This document shows, piece after piece, positions 36,614 to 46,785 of a stretch of 64,000 nt of DNA (positions are counted from its first letter, which is position 1; every line of letters begins with the position of its first letter). The stretch is from a virus, in the IMG/VR virus record IMGVR_UViG_3300049571_000582, positions 1 to 64,000 of that record. One strand, 5' to 3'. Position numbers and translations under genes: made by a program. The notes under the pieces are model-generated. The model saw nothing but the letters and a program-made list of their open reading frames with translations, searched no databases and was not told the origin of the DNA.

Positions 36614-36910
36614 TTGGCGACGGAAAGTCCGCATGAAGCCAATCTGCGAAAACTCAGATCTCAGGCCCACGACCTTTTCGATCCCCTCTGGAACCAATCT
36701 CACCATCGCGAAATGAGACACATCTGCTACCGCTGGCTGACATCCCAGCTTGGCGTGCCTACCGCCAGAGCCCACTTTTCTGCCATGGGCGTCGGTGAAC
36801 TTCACAGGGCCATCAAGGTCCTGCGAAAGGCCAATGTGGGCATCGTCATCTCCTGGTGGTTGTCAAAACCTCCAAAACCTAAAATGAAGAAGACCCCTCG
36901 CGCGTCGTAG
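36614..36910 (+). CDS. DUF3268-like protein lacking the N-terminal Zn finger
   Basis: LRKLRSQAHDLFDPLW...YRWLTSQLGVP...HF resembles the C-terminal half of phage DUF3268 proteins; TTG 36614 after a poly-G SD. Confidence 0.6.
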   Translation: MATESPHEANLRKLRSQAHDLFDPLWNQSHHREMRHICYRWLTSQLGVPTARAHFSAMGVGELHRAIKVLRKANVGIVISWWLSKPPKPKMKKTPRAS

Positions 36911-36915
36911 CATCT
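36885..36915 (+). promoter_or_regulatory. Putative phage late promoter, copy 7 (TGAA-N19-TAGCATCT)
   Basis: GAA 36886-36888 and TAGCAT 36908-36913; upstream repeated A-tracts TCAAAACCTCCAAAACCTAAAA. Confidence 0.7.
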
Positions 36916-36957
36916 TCCTAGAAGACCCACATTGCACGGCCACGGGGGAGAAACGCC

Positions 36958-37167
36958 ATGTCTGCTGAGCAGCCCACCCTGAAAACCTATTCCATCGGAG
37001 AGGTGGCGAGGCTTACCAGCGCCAGCACCCAGTCGATCCGCAACTGGGAGAAGCTCCTGCCGCCCCTGCATAAGACCCCCGGTGGCCACCGGCGATATAC
37101 CGACGCCCATGTCGACGCCATCCGCAAACTCCTGGGTCAACCGTCTCCGGAAGTGAGCAATGCCTAA
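36958..37167 (+). CDS. MerR-family winged HTH DNA-binding protein (69 aa)
   Basis: YSIGEVARLTSASTQSIRNWE...KTPGGHRRY. Confidence 0.9.
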   Translation: MSAEQPTLKTYSIGEVARLTSASTQSIRNWEKLLPPLHKTPGGHRRYTDAHVDAIRKLLGQPSPEVSNA

Positions 37168-40100
37168 TCCAACCGCCTACCAGCAGGAAAACTGGTACTG
37201 GTCGGACGGCTCGGGCTTTCAATTCGATTTACCCCCCAAAGACGTCAAGATCGGCTGGACCAACACGCTCGTCGGAGACATCTACGACGTGCCTGCCCTG
37301 CCATGGACATCGTTCGCGCCGGCGTACACCGGGTGGACGAACTGGGTCGACAAGTTCCAGCCCGACTATCGCTTCGCCGCCACCAGCGACGCCAATGCGA
37401 TCTGCCAGCTGTTTCCGGAAGTCAGCGACCCTTGGATGTTCACCGAATACGTCTTTGAAGGCACCGGATCCGAGGATGCGGCCACCGCCGCGGCGGCCGT
37501 CGGAATCGTTGAGCCCCCGCTGGCGATGCCCCACCGCCTCCTTCGCCAATTCATCAATGGAGCGATCAGCGAATCACAGCCTCAGTTCCTCAACGAAACG
37601 CCCACGACCTTTGTGCCTGGCGAGCAGCGTTTTGCGTTCGAACAGGACTACCGGTGGCAGAGCAAGGCCGGAACCCACAAGACCTACTACGAATCCGAAC
37701 TGAACATCATGGGCTGGCAAGAGCTCGTTGATGGCCAGGTCAACACCGAGTTCACCCGGCTCGACGAGTATCGCCGGCGCATCGCTTTCCTCCATCCCTC
37801 CAACAATGCCGGCGTGGCCTTGAACCGCGTCAAGGTGTGGGCCAACTCCACACGGTGGGGCCAGAGCCAGAACGTCCCCGCCCGCACCCTCAACATGACG
37901 GCCCCGGCGGACTTCGTTCGCGCCAAGGACATGGCCACCGACAAGATCGTTTCGCACGTTCAGATCATCAAGGGCGAGCCGATCTACGACAACGCCGACA
38001 AGATCGGCGGCCAGGGCTCCATCTACTACCAGAGCATCACGGTGGGGGAGTGGAACTGGGCCTCGCAGAAAATCGGGATGATGGCAGTGTCGCCCACGGG
38101 GCAGGTCGGAGTTCCCGATGCGAACTTCGTCTACGATGTACCGGCGAACGTCTCCCAGACCACGCCCCTGGTAATGCCCAAGCAACCGGAGAATCCCAAC
38201 TCCGAGCCCGCCTACGAGTGGGTGGACAAGCGGTATGACACCGGGGCGCTGGTGCATCGCGGGTGCGCGTTCTGGAAGGGGTCCGACGGAACGGTCACAT
38301 GCGACTACGCGGCCCAGCGGATGTCCACGTTTGTCCGATCCGAACAATCCCAGGCCATCGATGCCGGTGCCGGCCAGACGGTCATCTCCCTCTCGGCTCC
38401 GGCGGCAACAACCGACACCGTTGTCGAAGTGATGGTGTCGGATGCCAGCTCCGGGCCATGGGTGATCGCCTCCGCGGGTGGGTGGGACGCGGTGCCGACG
38501 TCCTCCGGAGGGAGCGTCACCGCCATCACCATGACGCCCTCGGGGGGGTCGACGCCCAAGACCCACGCCCGGATCCGCGTGCTTGCCAAGAACCGGCCCA
38601 TCCCGGACCCCGGCCTCTGCTCCTTTTATGACCCCGATGCCAAGGACAAGAAGGCCGCTTACCGCTCCCGTGCCGGCTCTTCGGCATGCCCCTACTACAC
38701 CGCCCAGGGACAGCGGATCGTCGCAACCTATCAGGGCATTGCCAGCAACGGCGCTGAATGGGCCAACATGCAGCGGGGCCTTCCCGCAGGTTATAAGAAG
38801 AGCCCGATCGAAACTTCCCAGGGCCAGTCGCTCAACGAGTTCACCGGTGGCACCGGCGGCATCGGTGGGGGGGTTGTGGCGGGTCTCGCCGGCGCATATC
38901 TGGCCAACGTCCAGACGCCCGATCCGTACACGGCGGGCGTCCCCAAGGATGACACGATCCACTACGACGTGACCTTCGGCCCCGAGACCATTCCCGTCGC
39001 CGGCAAGCAGCAGTATTACGACACCAAAACCGGTGCACCGCCGCGGGTGGATCCCGAGAGCAAGCTGTTGCTCCGTGCCGGCACCGGCTACCACATGATC
39101 GACTGGAAGGAAGAAGAGGCCTACGGCGGCGTCGACACGGTCTTCTTCGGCTTCGTCAACCAGATCAACTACCGGCTGATGCACTCGGTGCAGCACTGCT
39201 ACCGCACCGACAAGTGCAATCCGATCATCCTCGGCGGATCGCCGGCCCCCGGATGGCGGCGGGGCCGCTACAGCGGCGTAAACTTCACCAACCATCCCCT
39301 CCGCCCGCCGGGCTACCCCGCCTTCGATGGCTCGAAGCTGCACTGCCACTACGGCAACCATCGCTGCCCCAAGCAAAACACCGATCGCCGGGCGGTGGAG
39401 TATTCGCACAACTACCAGCTCCTGATCGATGAGATCCTGCTGCCATTTCGCACGGGCGGGCTGGAGGCCTTCGGCTTCCTCGTTGAGAAGTTCATCGAGA
39501 ACGGGCAGATCGTGGACCTGTCCCCCGAGACCCTCCCTGATCACCCCACGGCCATCTGCGTCGCCGTCACCCCCGATTCCTCGGTCCCTGCCCTGCTGGG
39601 GCATTACCAGCCGGTGGTGAAAGACGCGTCGAACAACGCCTGGCGTGTGTTCTTCTGGTACGACCTTCCCTCGTGGGATCCGTCCCACCGCCGGTCGCGG
39701 GTCTTTGCCCACATCGTGCAATTCAACGACAGCGACGAGGCGTGCTACGCCGACACCGCTGTCATGCCTGATCCGGACAAGCAGGCCCTTGCCCTGATGT
39801 ACGGAGACGCGAGCAAAGTCCCCTGGCTCGTGGAGATCAGCGAAGACTACGTCGCCCCGCTGGGCAATGCGATCTTCGCGACCAACCCGCTTCCCACGGC
39901 CGGCGGCCGCAACCCAGAATACAAGGACCTCACCAAGCGAGGCCAGGAAATCATTGTGCAGAACGCCGGCGATCTCGAAGACGTCGGCGCTTCGGGTCGA
40001 ACGGCAACCAATCAATTCGGCGGCCCCCTGGACAACGTCGTCGCCGTCGGTGCCAAGACGCGAATCAGCTACTGGGTGGACAAGGATGGCGAGTTCATCC

Positions 40101-43100
40101 TCAAGGCCATGCCGATCGTCGACACGGCGGTCGCCCCCACGATTCCCAGCCAGCCGCCGCCCTATGTGCCTGTCGAGGCCCGCATCTACAACCACCCCAA
40201 ATACTTCAACGGTGCCGCCCCGATCGCCGGCGAGCCCCACACGTCCATCCAGCGGGATGCCAGCGACGACGGCAGCGATCCGGGCGTGAACATCGCCCAG
40301 AGCAACTACGCCGCGACCGGCCACACCTACACCACCGACACCGCCGCACTCCTGCACTGGTTCACCCAGGCCGCCTATGTCGACGAAGATGGCGTCCCGG
40401 TGAGCAACTGGGAGACGCTGGTTCAGTCGGTCACCGCGCCCGACGAAGAGGGGAATTACCCGCACATCGGCGTCCCTTCATTCGCCCCCGACCTGCTTCC
40501 GCTGGAACGCAACTGGTACGAATGCTCCAAATGCAAAGTCGACTTCTCGGAAGAAGAGGTCAAGTTCTTCCAGCAGCATCCACAGCTCGCGGTCATGCCC
40601 GATTCACCCCCGCCGGGCGCTGCGTGCGGCTGCCCGCGCGGGTGCGGCGGAGCACTCATGAACCGGGGGGCCTACACCCACATCCTCGACACCCGCTCCC
40701 GCGGTCAAATCGATGTCTGGGCACCGCCGGGATCGACCGTGCGGAGGGATGGCTTTTTCTGGAAGAACCCGACGCTCGTCTCGCGGCTTCACCAGGACCA
40801 GATCTTCCACAAGCTGGGCACCTACAACCCCAATGGCGGCGGCTACGACTTCTCGCACGTCGACACCAGCGTCAACGTCATGGGGGCGATGCCCCACACC
40901 ATCAGCCAGTTTTACAACGCCGGCCTCAATCGCCAGCTCACAGCGCCCTGGGCCACAAAGGGAGATTCGGTGGCGGACGTGAGGTCCCGGGTCGAGCTGG
41001 CCCTGGATATTTCCGCCGGCGATGTCGCCCGCATCCATCGGGTGGGGGAGCCCACCAGCTTACCGGTTGCCACGGGCGACGAGGGATCCACGACGCTCAA
41101 CCAGGGCGACGCGGTGGTGTTCTGGAGAACCGACCCCCGCGGCCTGGTGCAACTCACCCAGCCGATTGTCGCCGTGGGCGGCCCCAGCACCCTGCTGATG
41201 AACGAATCGATCGTGCAAAGCGACACGCCTCGGCCGATCCGCGACAGCTTCGCCGACGACGATCTCGGCGAGCGACTTTACCGCGACGCGATCCGCCAGT
41301 GGATGATCGGCGTGGTGCAGGACTCGCTGTACCTCTGGGGCACGGCGGCAAACGTCGGCATGTCGGAAAACCTCATGGCCGAGCAGCTCACCGCCCGCGG
41401 CCTGCCCACCGACGCCGCCCACTCCTTCGACCCCAAGACCGGCGAAACGATCCACGTCGACGAGCGGGTGCAGGCACCCTACGCCCAGACGCCCGACACC
41501 GCACTGGGGATGATCTCCATTCCCGGCCTCAAGCGGCTCCGCAACCGCGTCATTCCGATGCTGGCTTATGACCTGACGGATCCGGGCTACACCGCCGGCG
41601 GCGATTACGTGCAGACCCAGCAGGCGGGATACGCCGACCGCACCACCCGCATTGCACGAAAGCTGCCCATCCGCAAGTGGGGCTCGATCCCTCCGCAGGT
41701 CATGGCCGCGACCGAGACCGGCAAGGATTACTACGTCGAGTGGGAGGTGGGGGACATCCTCGGGAGCACGGCCCGGGCCTACTACCCCGTGGGCACCACC
41801 TGGTGGCGCATGAACCAGATGGTCGGCCAGATCAAGCGATCCGGCGGCACGAACCCCCTGCATCTCGATGACTCGACAGAGAGCCACGGCATCCCGTACA
41901 CCGGGGATGTGATCACCAGCGTGTGTGCGTTTTTTCTTCACGGGAAGATCCCCATGCACATGGAGGTGGTCAAGGCTTACCTGGTCTACACCAACGGCCC
42001 CGGACCCAGCGCCGCCCCGCTGGGGTGCCAGGGACGCTACACCGGATACACCGCTGTTCAGCACGAGGACGGTCCGAACTGGGACAACAAGGAATTCGTG
42101 GGTCACCGCAGCTGCTTCTTCCAGCACTACCACCCTTGGACAATGGAGACGCAGCACGAGGCCGACCACGGCGATTACGCCTACTGGGATGCGCGGGCCA
42201 AGCTCCACACCGACACCTACACCACCTGGGAAATGCGCAACGAGCTGCCGCCGCCGGCCCCGCAGTCGGACCTGGCGATTGTTCCCCAGGCGGGCGAGCT
42301 TCCTGCCGATGAGGCGTACAACCCCTGGATGGAGCTCGACGACCAGCACTACTACTACGACCACGTCGACCTTCTCCAGATGCAGTTCGTCGACATGCAG
42401 TTTGGCTTCGGCTTCACCCAGCCCTTTTTCAACGAGTGGAGCTGGGGGCAGGACATCACCCAGAAGGTGACCGAATACCAGGTCTGGAAGGACATCGATT
42501 TCGCCAAGTACGACGAGCTCAAGGAGCGTTACCACACCATCGTGAAGGCAGCGGTGAACACAACCGAGTCCATCCAGACCTTCGACTACTATGCCCCGGA
42601 GTTCCGCAACAGCGTCTGGGCGCGGGAGAACCAGGGCATCGTCGGCTGGATCGACTACAGCAGCTACGCAAACTCCTCGCGGTTTGGCAAGAAGATCTCC
42701 GAGGAGATCCAGCGAACCGATGCGTCCTGGGCCAACGGGCCGCAGATCATCGTGCAGGCCGCCAGCGACGGTGGGAACAACACCCAGCAGGCCGGCGACG
42801 CCGAGCGTGCCCTGGACATCACGGCCACCGTGCGTCGCCTCTACAACGACCGCGTCGCTCGCTTCTACCAGTGCCAGCTTGGCTGGGGCCTTGACCAGCT
42901 GAAGGTGGAGATTCCCAAGCTCACCGACACCAACCTCGCCCAGGCCCCCCGCATGCACACGGGCTACAACGAGCCGCAGTTCTTCATCAATTACCGCTAC
43001 ATCGATGCGACCTACGGCATGTGGCTCAATGACCCGTGGCACCACCCCCAGACCGTGGGGGACGTTGTCATTCCGCCTTCGCCCGATGGCGATCCCATCT

Positions 43101-45349
43101 CCACCTCCGTCGCCGACCGGGAGGCCCGGATCTTCAACGTCACCGCGTGGGACACCAAGGGCCTCGCCGCCGATGACCCCGACTACAAGAAGTTCCACCC
43201 CTGGTCGCTCTGCCGCGCGAGCGTTGATCTTGTTCCCGACGGGCCGATCGTCAACCCCGCCCCGCAGGAAGCGGCGGGATCCTTCTGGCAGGTCACATCG
43301 GACAAGCGGGATTCGCAGAGCTTCGAAATGGATCTTCAGCAAACGCCGCTGGAGCTCTCGCGGAGGGCGTGGCGGCACCAGTCCCCCACGATCGATTCGT
43401 CACAGGCGGTCTGCCCGAATGTCGCCGGCTGCTTTGTCGCCCAGAAGGGCTGGACGGTGGGGCAATTCTATGAGCGGGCAACGTCGACGTGGGGAATGAA
43501 CATCATCCCCAGCACGACCTCCGACCACTGCGCCAACTGTGGCACCAAGCTCGTGGGCGTTCAGTATCTCGACGGAGACGGGATCACCACCTGCACCTAC
43601 GACACCTCGTGGGAGCCCAACCCGCTGGTGAGTGCGATCCAGATCTCCTCCAGCGATGGAACCGCATCAAGCCCGCGGCATGGCTTCTCCATCGAATACT
43701 TCAACTCGCAGGCACAGGCATGGAGGCCCCTCTTTGAGGTCGACTACGACCTGGGGACCCACAAGTACGTCTACCGCCAGTGGTCGGGATCCGCCTGGCA
43801 GTCGGTGAGCTCCGACACGCTGCCCGTCACGTTCGTCGGGGTTGAGGGCGTGGGCGTGGATCCCAAGTTTGCAGCGCCGGCGACGGGTGCCCACTTCGTG
43901 ATCGTGGCGGCGTCAAAACTCCGCTGCAAGGTGGCCCGGCCGGATGTTCGCCAGCAGGCATTCCCCACCGACGGCAGCTTCGCGTCGTGTGTTCCGGACG
44001 CAGCCACCAGCTCCGTGGTGGTCACGTCCCTTCCGGGCAACCCTGCGGACTTCGTGCAGCGGTCGATCACCCTCAAACGCACCAACGGGACAACCCGCGA
44101 CATGTACATCCTTGGCGCGGAGGTGGTCGCCAACTCCTCGCCCCAGCAGGTGCGGCTCACCCTTGCCGCCGCCGTCACCGCCGAGGACACCGCGTGCAAG
44201 ATCGCGTGGACGGAGTATCGCACGGTCATCTCGAAGTTCCGGGTCTTTGGTTGGCCCTACCGCACCGGCGATGTGACGATCACGCCGCCGGCCATCAGCC
44301 AGCCGGTGTATTTCTCCGCCGGAAACAACGCCTTCCGGCTCAACACCTGGGCAACGAAGATCCTCCGCGTGGAAGCATCCACCGGCGATCGCCTGGGCAT
44401 CATCCTCCAGCGTGCCGAGGGCATGGATGAATCGTTCCTGTGGCAGGTGGTCAAAGACACCTACGATGCCCCGCACCTGGAGATTTCCGGCGGCCAGTTC
44501 TACTTCGACAGCGAGAAGAACCAGATCATCCTCCCCACCCAGTACGCCGACCCCGACACCGGCGAACTCAAGAACATCTGGGAGATGAACAACGAGCTGT
44601 ACAGCGATCCCGCTTCCGACTTTGACCTGAGCACCCAGCCGCGGCAGCTTCGCGTGGAATACATCTGGGGCACCGGCGTCAAGATCGATGTGCCAGTGGT
44701 CGCCGCCGGCACCGGCCCCAGCTACCAGGTGGACAAGGAGGCGGTCTGTTTCATCGCCGGCCACGGCACCGACAACGAGGACATCCCGGGCTTCGTCCAG
44801 ACCAATGCTTCCCAGGTCCTTCCGGACATGGGGTTCTCGGAAAAGATCTCCACGAATGGGGGAAATCCCTGTCGGCTCTACTGGCAGGCCTACAACCACG
44901 AGCCCCTGGTCTGGGACCGCAGCCTCGGCTGGCTCGTGGGTGACGAGCTTGGCCCCGGGGCCTCGGACGACGAGAGCGTCCTGAGCGTCTTCTCCGGCGG
45001 CAATGGCAGCGACCTGTCCGAGATCGGCCCGGGCGGTGCCCTGACCGGAAAAGCCAACGGCAAGATCAGCCTTTACGGCCTGCCAAACACGATTCTCTCC
45101 GGCAACCTCGCGGTTTATGCGAAAGCGTTTACGTCCCGGACGTACCATCTACCAGACGGACAGATTGTTCAGACGGCCGAACGCACGGGCGGGTTCCGCT
45201 CCGGGGCGTTTGTCTTCCGTCTGACGATCAATGAAAACGTCGCAAATGGACGAAAAGGCGTGAGCTGCGGTGTTCCCCGCGTGCTCGTTTACATGCGGGA
45301 AAGAGACTTGGACCCGACCAAGGACTCTGCCCCGCTCCGGACTGGATAA
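37160..45349 (+). CDS. Giant putative virion structural protein (2729 aa)
   Basis: Uninterrupted ORF with phage codon bias; Pro/Trp/Tyr/Asp-rich beta character; several Cys/His clusters; located in the tail-distal block. Confidence 0.75.
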   Translation: MPNPTAYQQENWYWSDGSGFQFDLPPKDVKIGWTNTLVGDIYDVPALPWTSFAPAYTGWTNWVDKFQPDYRFAATSDANAICQLFPEVSDPWMFTEYVFEGTGSEDAATAAAAVGIVEPPLAMPHRLLRQFINGAISESQPQFLNETPTTFVPGEQRFAFEQDYRWQSKAGTHKTYYESELNIMGWQELVDGQVNTEFTRLDEYRRRIAFLHPSNNAGVALNRVKVWANSTRWGQSQNVPARTLNMTAPADFVRAKDMATDKIVSHVQIIKGEPIYDNADKIGGQGSIYYQSITVGEWNWASQKIGMMAVSPTGQVGVPDANFVYDVPANVSQTTPLVMPKQPENPNSEPAYEWVDKRYDTGALVHRGCAFWKGSDGTVTCDYAAQRMSTFVRSEQSQAIDAGAGQTVISLSAPAATTDTVVEVMVSDASSGPWVIASAGGWDAVPTSSGGSVTAITMTPSGGSTPKTHARIRVLAKNRPIPDPGLCSFYDPDAKDKKAAYRSRAGSSACPYYTAQGQRIVATYQGIASNGAEWANMQRGLPAGYKKSPIETSQGQSLNEFTGGTGGIGGGVVAGLAGAYLANVQTPDPYTAGVPKDDTIHYDVTFGPETIPVAGKQQYYDTKTGAPPRVDPESKLLLRAGTGYHMIDWKEEEAYGGVDTVFFGFVNQINYRLMHSVQHCYRTDKCNPIILGGSPAPGWRRGRYSGVNFTNHPLRPPGYPAFDGSKLHCHYGNHRCPKQNTDRRAVEYSHNYQLLIDEILLPFRTGGLEAFGFLVEKFIENGQIVDLSPETLPDHPTAICVAVTPDSSVPALLGHYQPVVKDASNNAWRVFFWYDLPSWDPSHRRSRVFAHIVQFNDSDEACYADTAVMPDPDKQALALMYGDASKVPWLVEISEDYVAPLGNAIFATNPLPTAGGRNPEYKDLTKRGQEIIVQNAGDLEDVGASGRTATNQFGGPLDNVVAVGAKTRISYWVDKDGEFILKAMPIVDTAVAPTIPSQPPPYVPVEARIYNHPKYFNGAAPIAGEPHTSIQRDASDDGSDPGVNIAQSNYAATGHTYTTDTAALLHWFTQAAYVDEDGVPVSNWETLVQSVTAPDEEGNYPHIGVPSFAPDLLPLERNWYECSKCKVDFSEEEVKFFQQHPQLAVMPDSPPPGAACGCPRGCGGALMNRGAYTHILDTRSRGQIDVWAPPGSTVRRDGFFWKNPTLVSRLHQDQIFHKLGTYNPNGGGYDFSHVDTSVNVMGAMPHTISQFYNAGLNRQLTAPWATKGDSVADVRSRVELALDISAGDVARIHRVGEPTSLPVATGDEGSTTLNQGDAVVFWRTDPRGLVQLTQPIVAVGGPSTLLMNESIVQSDTPRPIRDSFADDDLGERLYRDAIRQWMIGVVQDSLYLWGTAANVGMSENLMAEQLTARGLPTDAAHSFDPKTGETIHVDERVQAPYAQTPDTALGMISIPGLKRLRNRVIPMLAYDLTDPGYTAGGDYVQTQQAGYADRTTRIARKLPIRKWGSIPPQVMAATETGKDYYVEWEVGDILGSTARAYYPVGTTWWRMNQMVGQIKRSGGTNPLHLDDSTESHGIPYTGDVITSVCAFFLHGKIPMHMEVVKAYLVYTNGPGPSAAPLGCQGRYTGYTAVQHEDGPNWDNKEFVGHRSCFFQHYHPWTMETQHEADHGDYAYWDARAKLHTDTYTTWEMRNELPPPAPQSDLAIVPQAGELPADEAYNPWMELDDQHYYYDHVDLLQMQFVDMQFGFGFTQPFFNEWSWGQDITQKVTEYQVWKDIDFAKYDELKERYHTIVKAAVNTTESIQTFDYYAPEFRNSVWARENQGIVGWIDYSSYANSSRFGKKISEEIQRTDASWANGPQIIVQAASDGGNNTQQAGDAERALDITATVRRLYNDRVARFYQCQLGWGLDQLKVEIPKLTDTNLAQAPRMHTGYNEPQFFINYRYIDATYGMWLNDPWHHPQTVGDVVIPPSPDGDPISTSVADREARIFNVTAWDTKGLAADDPDYKKFHPWSLCRASVDLVPDGPIVNPAPQEAAGSFWQVTSDKRDSQSFEMDLQQTPLELSRRAWRHQSPTIDSSQAVCPNVAGCFVAQKGWTVGQFYERATSTWGMNIIPSTTSDHCANCGTKLVGVQYLDGDGITTCTYDTSWEPNPLVSAIQISSSDGTASSPRHGFSIEYFNSQAQAWRPLFEVDYDLGTHKYVYRQWSGSAWQSVSSDTLPVTFVGVEGVGVDPKFAAPATGAHFVIVAASKLRCKVARPDVRQQAFPTDGSFASCVPDAATSSVVVTSLPGNPADFVQRSITLKRTNGTTRDMYILGAEVVANSSPQQVRLTLAAAVTAEDTACKIAWTEYRTVISKFRVFGWPYRTGDVTITPPAISQPVYFSAGNNAFRLNTWATKILRVEASTGDRLGIILQRAEGMDESFLWQVVKDTYDAPHLEISGGQFYFDSEKNQIILPTQYADPDTGELKNIWEMNNELYSDPASDFDLSTQPRQLRVEYIWGTGVKIDVPVVAAGTGPSYQVDKEAVCFIAGHGTDNEDIPGFVQTNASQVLPDMGFSEKISTNGGNPCRLYWQAYNHEPLVWDRSLGWLVGDELGPGASDDESVLSVFSGGNGSDLSEIGPGGALTGKANGKISLYGLPNTILSGNLAVYAKAFTSRTYHLPDGQIVQTAERTGGFRSGAFVFRLTINENVANGRKGVSCGVPRVLVYMRERDLDPTKDSAPLRTG
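45120..45150 (+). promoter_or_regulatory. Putative phage late promoter, copy 8 (CGAA-N19-TACCATCT)
   Basis: GAA 45121-45123 and TACCAT 45143-45148; near the 3' end of the giant gene, ~220 nt before the next start. Confidence 0.65.
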
Positions 45350-45364
45350 AGGAGGGGGTGTCGC

Positions 45365-46471
45365 ATCGCTGTTCCGTACATCAAGATCTACCAGCTCCCT
45401 CAAGGCTACGTCGAAAACGCCGATTCCGACATTCAGTTTCTCAAAGACGATGAACTGGTCTCGATCGTCCCGAAGCTGGAGCTTCTCAAGGACGTCCGTG
45501 ACAAGTCCCCCCTCGTCGGGGCCATCCTCTCCGACAAGCTGCCCCTGATCTGCTTCGATCATGCCGCCGGCGCGGTGACCGAGAACCTCGTCGCCCACCC
45601 CACCAAGGCCGGCGTGTTTGTCCCCCAGACCACCTCCTGGTCGACGGTCATGTACGAGACCGTTGGCGTGTTTGCCGCCGTTGTCCGCAACGCCCTCAAC
45701 AACGTGATGGATGCGACGGAATTCACCTTCACCGCCGACGGCGTGAGATTCACAGCGACGGCGGGCACCACCATCCAGTTCTACAAGAAGGCGGCCATCG
45801 GATCCTCCGACACGTTCGCATTCCTTGGCGACACGTTCTACCGCGGGGCGAACCCGGTGTGGAACCGCCTGCTGCTCTCGATCGACAATGGCCCATGGGG
45901 CATCTATACCCGGCCCGCCGATGGCGTGGGGTACCTTCAAATCTCCAGCGTCACCGTGGGGGTCGTCGCCACCTACGCCGTCACCTCGACTCGGGCCAGG
46001 CAGTTCATCAGCCCCGACCAGAACTGGGTCACCGAGCACTGGCGCATGTGGCCGGACGTGTTCGTGGGCACCTACGACTATCCGGGCGACACCTACCAGG
46101 ACAGCAATGCAACGCCCGTCGAACCCGGACCCATGCCGCTGTTCCGGGATCCTGGCACCTACTCGCTCAACGTGCGTGACGGCGTCGTGGAATTTCCCGA
46201 ATGGATCGATTCGACGGCCAACCCCGTCCGCGCCAACTATGCCCACCTCGCCGGCGTCGACAATGTCACGGGGATGAAACTCGACGTGGTCGCGGGGTCA
46301 AGCAACAAGAAGTTCAAGGCGGCCACCGAGACGCTCTTTACAGCCGCCCACGGGAAAAGAATTGTGAATCGCGATGACCCGTACACGCCGATCAATGTGT
46401 ACGTCAACGGCGTCTTGTCGCCGCAGGAAATCCCGATCGCACCTTATGACACTCTCGAGGTGATCCGATGA
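45365..46471 (+). CDS. Putative virion protein (368 aa) with an apparent ATC start
   Basis: The frame is open and coding-like for 70 codons upstream of the GTG at 45575; AGGAGG at 45350-45355 sits 9 nt before ATC-GCT-GTT-CCG. Confidence 0.7.
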   Translation: MAVPYIKIYQLPQGYVENADSDIQFLKDDELVSIVPKLELLKDVRDKSPLVGAILSDKLPLICFDHAAGAVTENLVAHPTKAGVFVPQTTSWSTVMYETVGVFAAVVRNALNNVMDATEFTFTADGVRFTATAGTTIQFYKKAAIGSSDTFAFLGDTFYRGANPVWNRLLLSIDNGPWGIYTRPADGVGYLQISSVTVGVVATYAVTSTRARQFISPDQNWVTEHWRMWPDVFVGTYDYPGDTYQDSNATPVEPGPMPLFRDPGTYSLNVRDGVVEFPEWIDSTANPVRANYAHLAGVDNVTGMKLDVVAGSSNKKFKAATETLFTAAHGKRIVNRDDPYTPINVYVNGVLSPQEIPIAPYDTLEVIR

Positions 46472-46770
46472 CGCCCCAGGCGATTGTCGAATTGCTCAAT
46501 GACCTGCTCGCCACCGATCCGGCGGCGATGCACTCGCTGGTCGGCATGGCCGTCCCGGTCAACGAAGCGATGCTGTCGCACCCGACGGCCATGTGCCGGG
46601 TCCGCAACAGCCTCATGCAGTTCCCGACGTTTGGCGTTCTGGGGCTGCTCTCGACGATCGTGCAGATGGATGGACCCTTCGTGGTCGAGGCGATCTTCGA
46701 TGACGCCACCCACTGCATTCGGGAATTCAAGGTTGGAAAGATCGACGCACCGCAGGGGGCAACCTGCTAA
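46468..46770 (+). CDS. Hypothetical protein (100 aa)
   Basis: ATGA overlap; GAGGTG SD. Confidence 0.7.
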   Translation: MTPQAIVELLNDLLATDPAAMHSLVGMAVPVNEAMLSHPTAMCRVRNSLMQFPTFGVLGLLSTIVQMDGPFVVEAIFDDATHCIREFKVGKIDAPQGATC

Positions 46771-46785
46771 TTGGCCGGGGGATCC

